A stretch of 24,000 nucleotides of DNA from Candidatus Kuenenia stuttgartensis (GTDB lineage Bacteria > Planctomycetota > Planctomycetia > Isosphaerales > Isosphaeraceae): assembly GCA_945865635.1 (NCBI GenBank), contig CAMBEP010000032.1, forward strand, positions 16,021 through 40,020, in the 5' to 3' direction. This document shows positions 22,645 through 24,000 of the stretch, in pieces. The notes beneath the pieces are model-generated. The model ran no database searches. It had not been told where the DNA came from and saw only the letters and a list, made by a program, of their open reading frames with translations. The first letter of the stretch is position 1, and each line of letters starts with the position of its first letter. Made by a program: the position numbers and the translations under genes.

Positions 22645-24000
22645 GACTCAGGCGTGAGTTGCTCTTCTGCCATTTGCAAGGCTTTGATCATGCCGCGGGC
22701 CTTGTTGACCGTTTCTTCGTATTCAGCGGCGGGGATGCTATCATAAACCACGCCACAGCCAGCCTGTATGTAGGCTTTGCCCGCATGCAGTACGAGTGTA
22801 CGAAGGGCGATACACATATCCATATTGCCTGAAAAATCAATGTAACCCACAGCGCCTCCGTAAGGGCCTCGTTTCTGGGGCTCCATTTCGTCGATCACTT
22901 CCATGGCCCGGATTTTGGGCGCTCCTGAGACGGTTCCGGCCGGTAGCCCACTGCGAAGGGCGTTGAATGCGTTCATTCCTTCGGCGAGTTTGCCGCTCAC
23001 GTTCGAGCTGATGTGCATTACATGCGAATACCGCTCAATGTGCATGACGTCTGAAAGTTCAACAGAGCCAAACTTTGCAACTCGACCGACATCATTCCTG
23101 CCGAGGTCGATCAGCATGATGTGTTCTGCACGCTCCTTGGGGTCGGCCAGCAGTTCCTGTTCCAGGGCCAGATCCTCAGCCTCGTCCCGACCACGCTTGC
23201 GAGTTCCAGCCAAAGGCCGGACGGTCATTTCACCATCCTCAACCCTTACAAGAATTTCCGGCGAACTACCGACCAGACTGAAGCCCTTCCACGGCAAGTA
23301 GAACAGAAACGGGCTTGGATTGACAATGCGGAGCGATCGGTAGACATCAAAGGGATGGGCCTTGGTCTCCATCTCAAATCGCTGGCTGGGAACGACCTGG
23401 AAGATGTCGCCCGCCCGTATGTATTCTTGGCAGCGCTGGACCATGGCTTCAAATTCGGGGCGTTCGAAGTTTGAGACAACATGACGGGTGGGCGGGCTGT
23501 CGGTGTCGACATCGGCAATCACCAGGGATGTTGCATTCGTCTGGACTGGGCTTGCCAGTTGGGCGACAACTTCGTCGATCCGCCGGGTGGCAGTTTCGTA
23601 GGCCTGTTGGGCTGGGATGTCGTCGGTCGTTTGGGCCAGAACAACGACCAGAACGGTCTTGCGGATATGATCAAAAATCACCATCCGGTCATAAAATCCG
23701 AAGGCCAGATCGGGGAGTCCACGGTCGTCGGGAGGGATGTTGGGCAGATGCTCTACATAACGCACCGAATCATAGCCAGCCATGCCCACAGCCCCGCCTA
23801 TGAAACGTGGCAAACCCTTTCTGAGGGAAACCTTATGCTTGTTGATCCACTTCTCAAGGGCGGCCAGAGGGTCGGGATCAGAGAATCGGGTCAGGACGCC
23901 GTCGCGATGATCCCTGATTTCGATTTCGAGGCCACGGGCCTCAAATTCGAGGAATGGATCGGTGCCCAGAAAACTATATCGACCCACCTTTTCGCCACCA
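22641..24000 (-). CDS. trpE: Anthranilate synthase component I (N-terminus lies beyond the window edge)
   Basis: Motifs: GRYSFLG, FIGGAVGMAGYDSVRYVE, RPLAGTRKRG, HIMLIDLGRNDVGRV, IERYSHVMHISS, LPAGTVSGAPKIRAMEVIDE, GGAVGYIDFSGNMDMCIALRT. The frame stays open through 23988-24000 (..GGEK before the listed GTG), so the gene is 5'-truncated by the window. Confidence 0.9.
   Translation of the reverse strand, partial: GGEKVGRYSFLGTDPFLEFEARGLEIEIRDHRDGVLTRFSDPDPLAALEKWINKHKVSLRKGLPRFIGGAVGMAGYDSVRYVEHLPNIPPDDRGLPDLAFGFYDRMVIFDHIRKTVLVVVLAQTTDDIPAQQAYETATRRIDEVVAQLASPVQTNATSLVIADVDTDSPPTRHVVSNFERPEFEAMVQRCQEYIRAGDIFQVVPSQRFEMETKAHPFDVYRSLRIVNPSPFLFYLPWKGFSLVGSSPEILVRVEDGEMTVRPLAGTRKRGRDEAEDLALEQELLADPKERAEHIMLIDLGRNDVGRVAKFGSVELSDVMHIERYSHVMHISSNVSGKLAEGMNAFNALRSGLPAGTVSGAPKIRAMEVIDEMEPQKRGPYGGAVGYIDFSGNMDMCIALRTLVLHAGKAYIQAGCGVVYDSIPAAEYEETVNKARGMIKALQMAEEQLTPES

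Noticed and set aside
1-24000. Search for CRISPR arrays, tRNA/rRNA genes, transposases, integrases or toxin-antitoxin pairs
   Set aside because: I saw no regularly spaced direct repeats, no cloverleaf-like or rRNA-like segments in the intergenic regions, and no ORF with recombinase or transposase motifs.

Overview
The window looks like a chromosomal segment from a Planctomycetota-type bacterium. The lineage clues are a DUF1559/H-X9-DG prepilin-like protein, a PEP-CTERM/HAF-repeat protein and an N-terminal 'LMLEERLQMAA' leader. I can support about 21 protein-coding genes, a few terminator-like hairpins and one composite palindromic repeat. I recognise no rRNA, tRNA, CRISPR array, transposase or integrase. 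Layout, left to right: Ser/Thr kinase, small membrane protein and DUF1559 protein (+). Then mcsB, a short mcsA-like gene, full-length mcsA, a PEP-CTERM/HAF protein, a FabF-like ketosynthase, bioB, an unlisted 56-aa ORF, a HYExAFE-like PD-(D/E)xK protein and a YkgJ Cys-cluster protein (all -). A 660-bp non-coding gap follows. Next come a SET-domain protein, a DUF6714-like protein and a PqaA-type hydrolase (-). After these sit a multicopper oxidase fused to FG-GAP repeats (+, N-terminus cut off by an in-frame TAG), a hairpin-rich repeat, a NucS-like/DUF4268 nuclease (-) and a Tat-signal metallophosphoesterase (-). The window ends with bioF and coaD (+) and trpE (-, partial). The observations most worth following up are: (1) a KAS I/II-type ketosynthase 10 nt downstream of bioB, with no known pimelate-synthesis gene in view; (2) the amber-interrupted MCO-FG-GAP gene; (3) the palindromic repeat at 17.64-17.88 kb beside a stand-alone nuclease gene; (4) the duplicated McsA module with McsB; (5) the long C-skewed non-coding gap with a thrice-repeated TTCGCAAAA motif. 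All family calls come from reading motifs by eye and from memory of those families. No database search was run.
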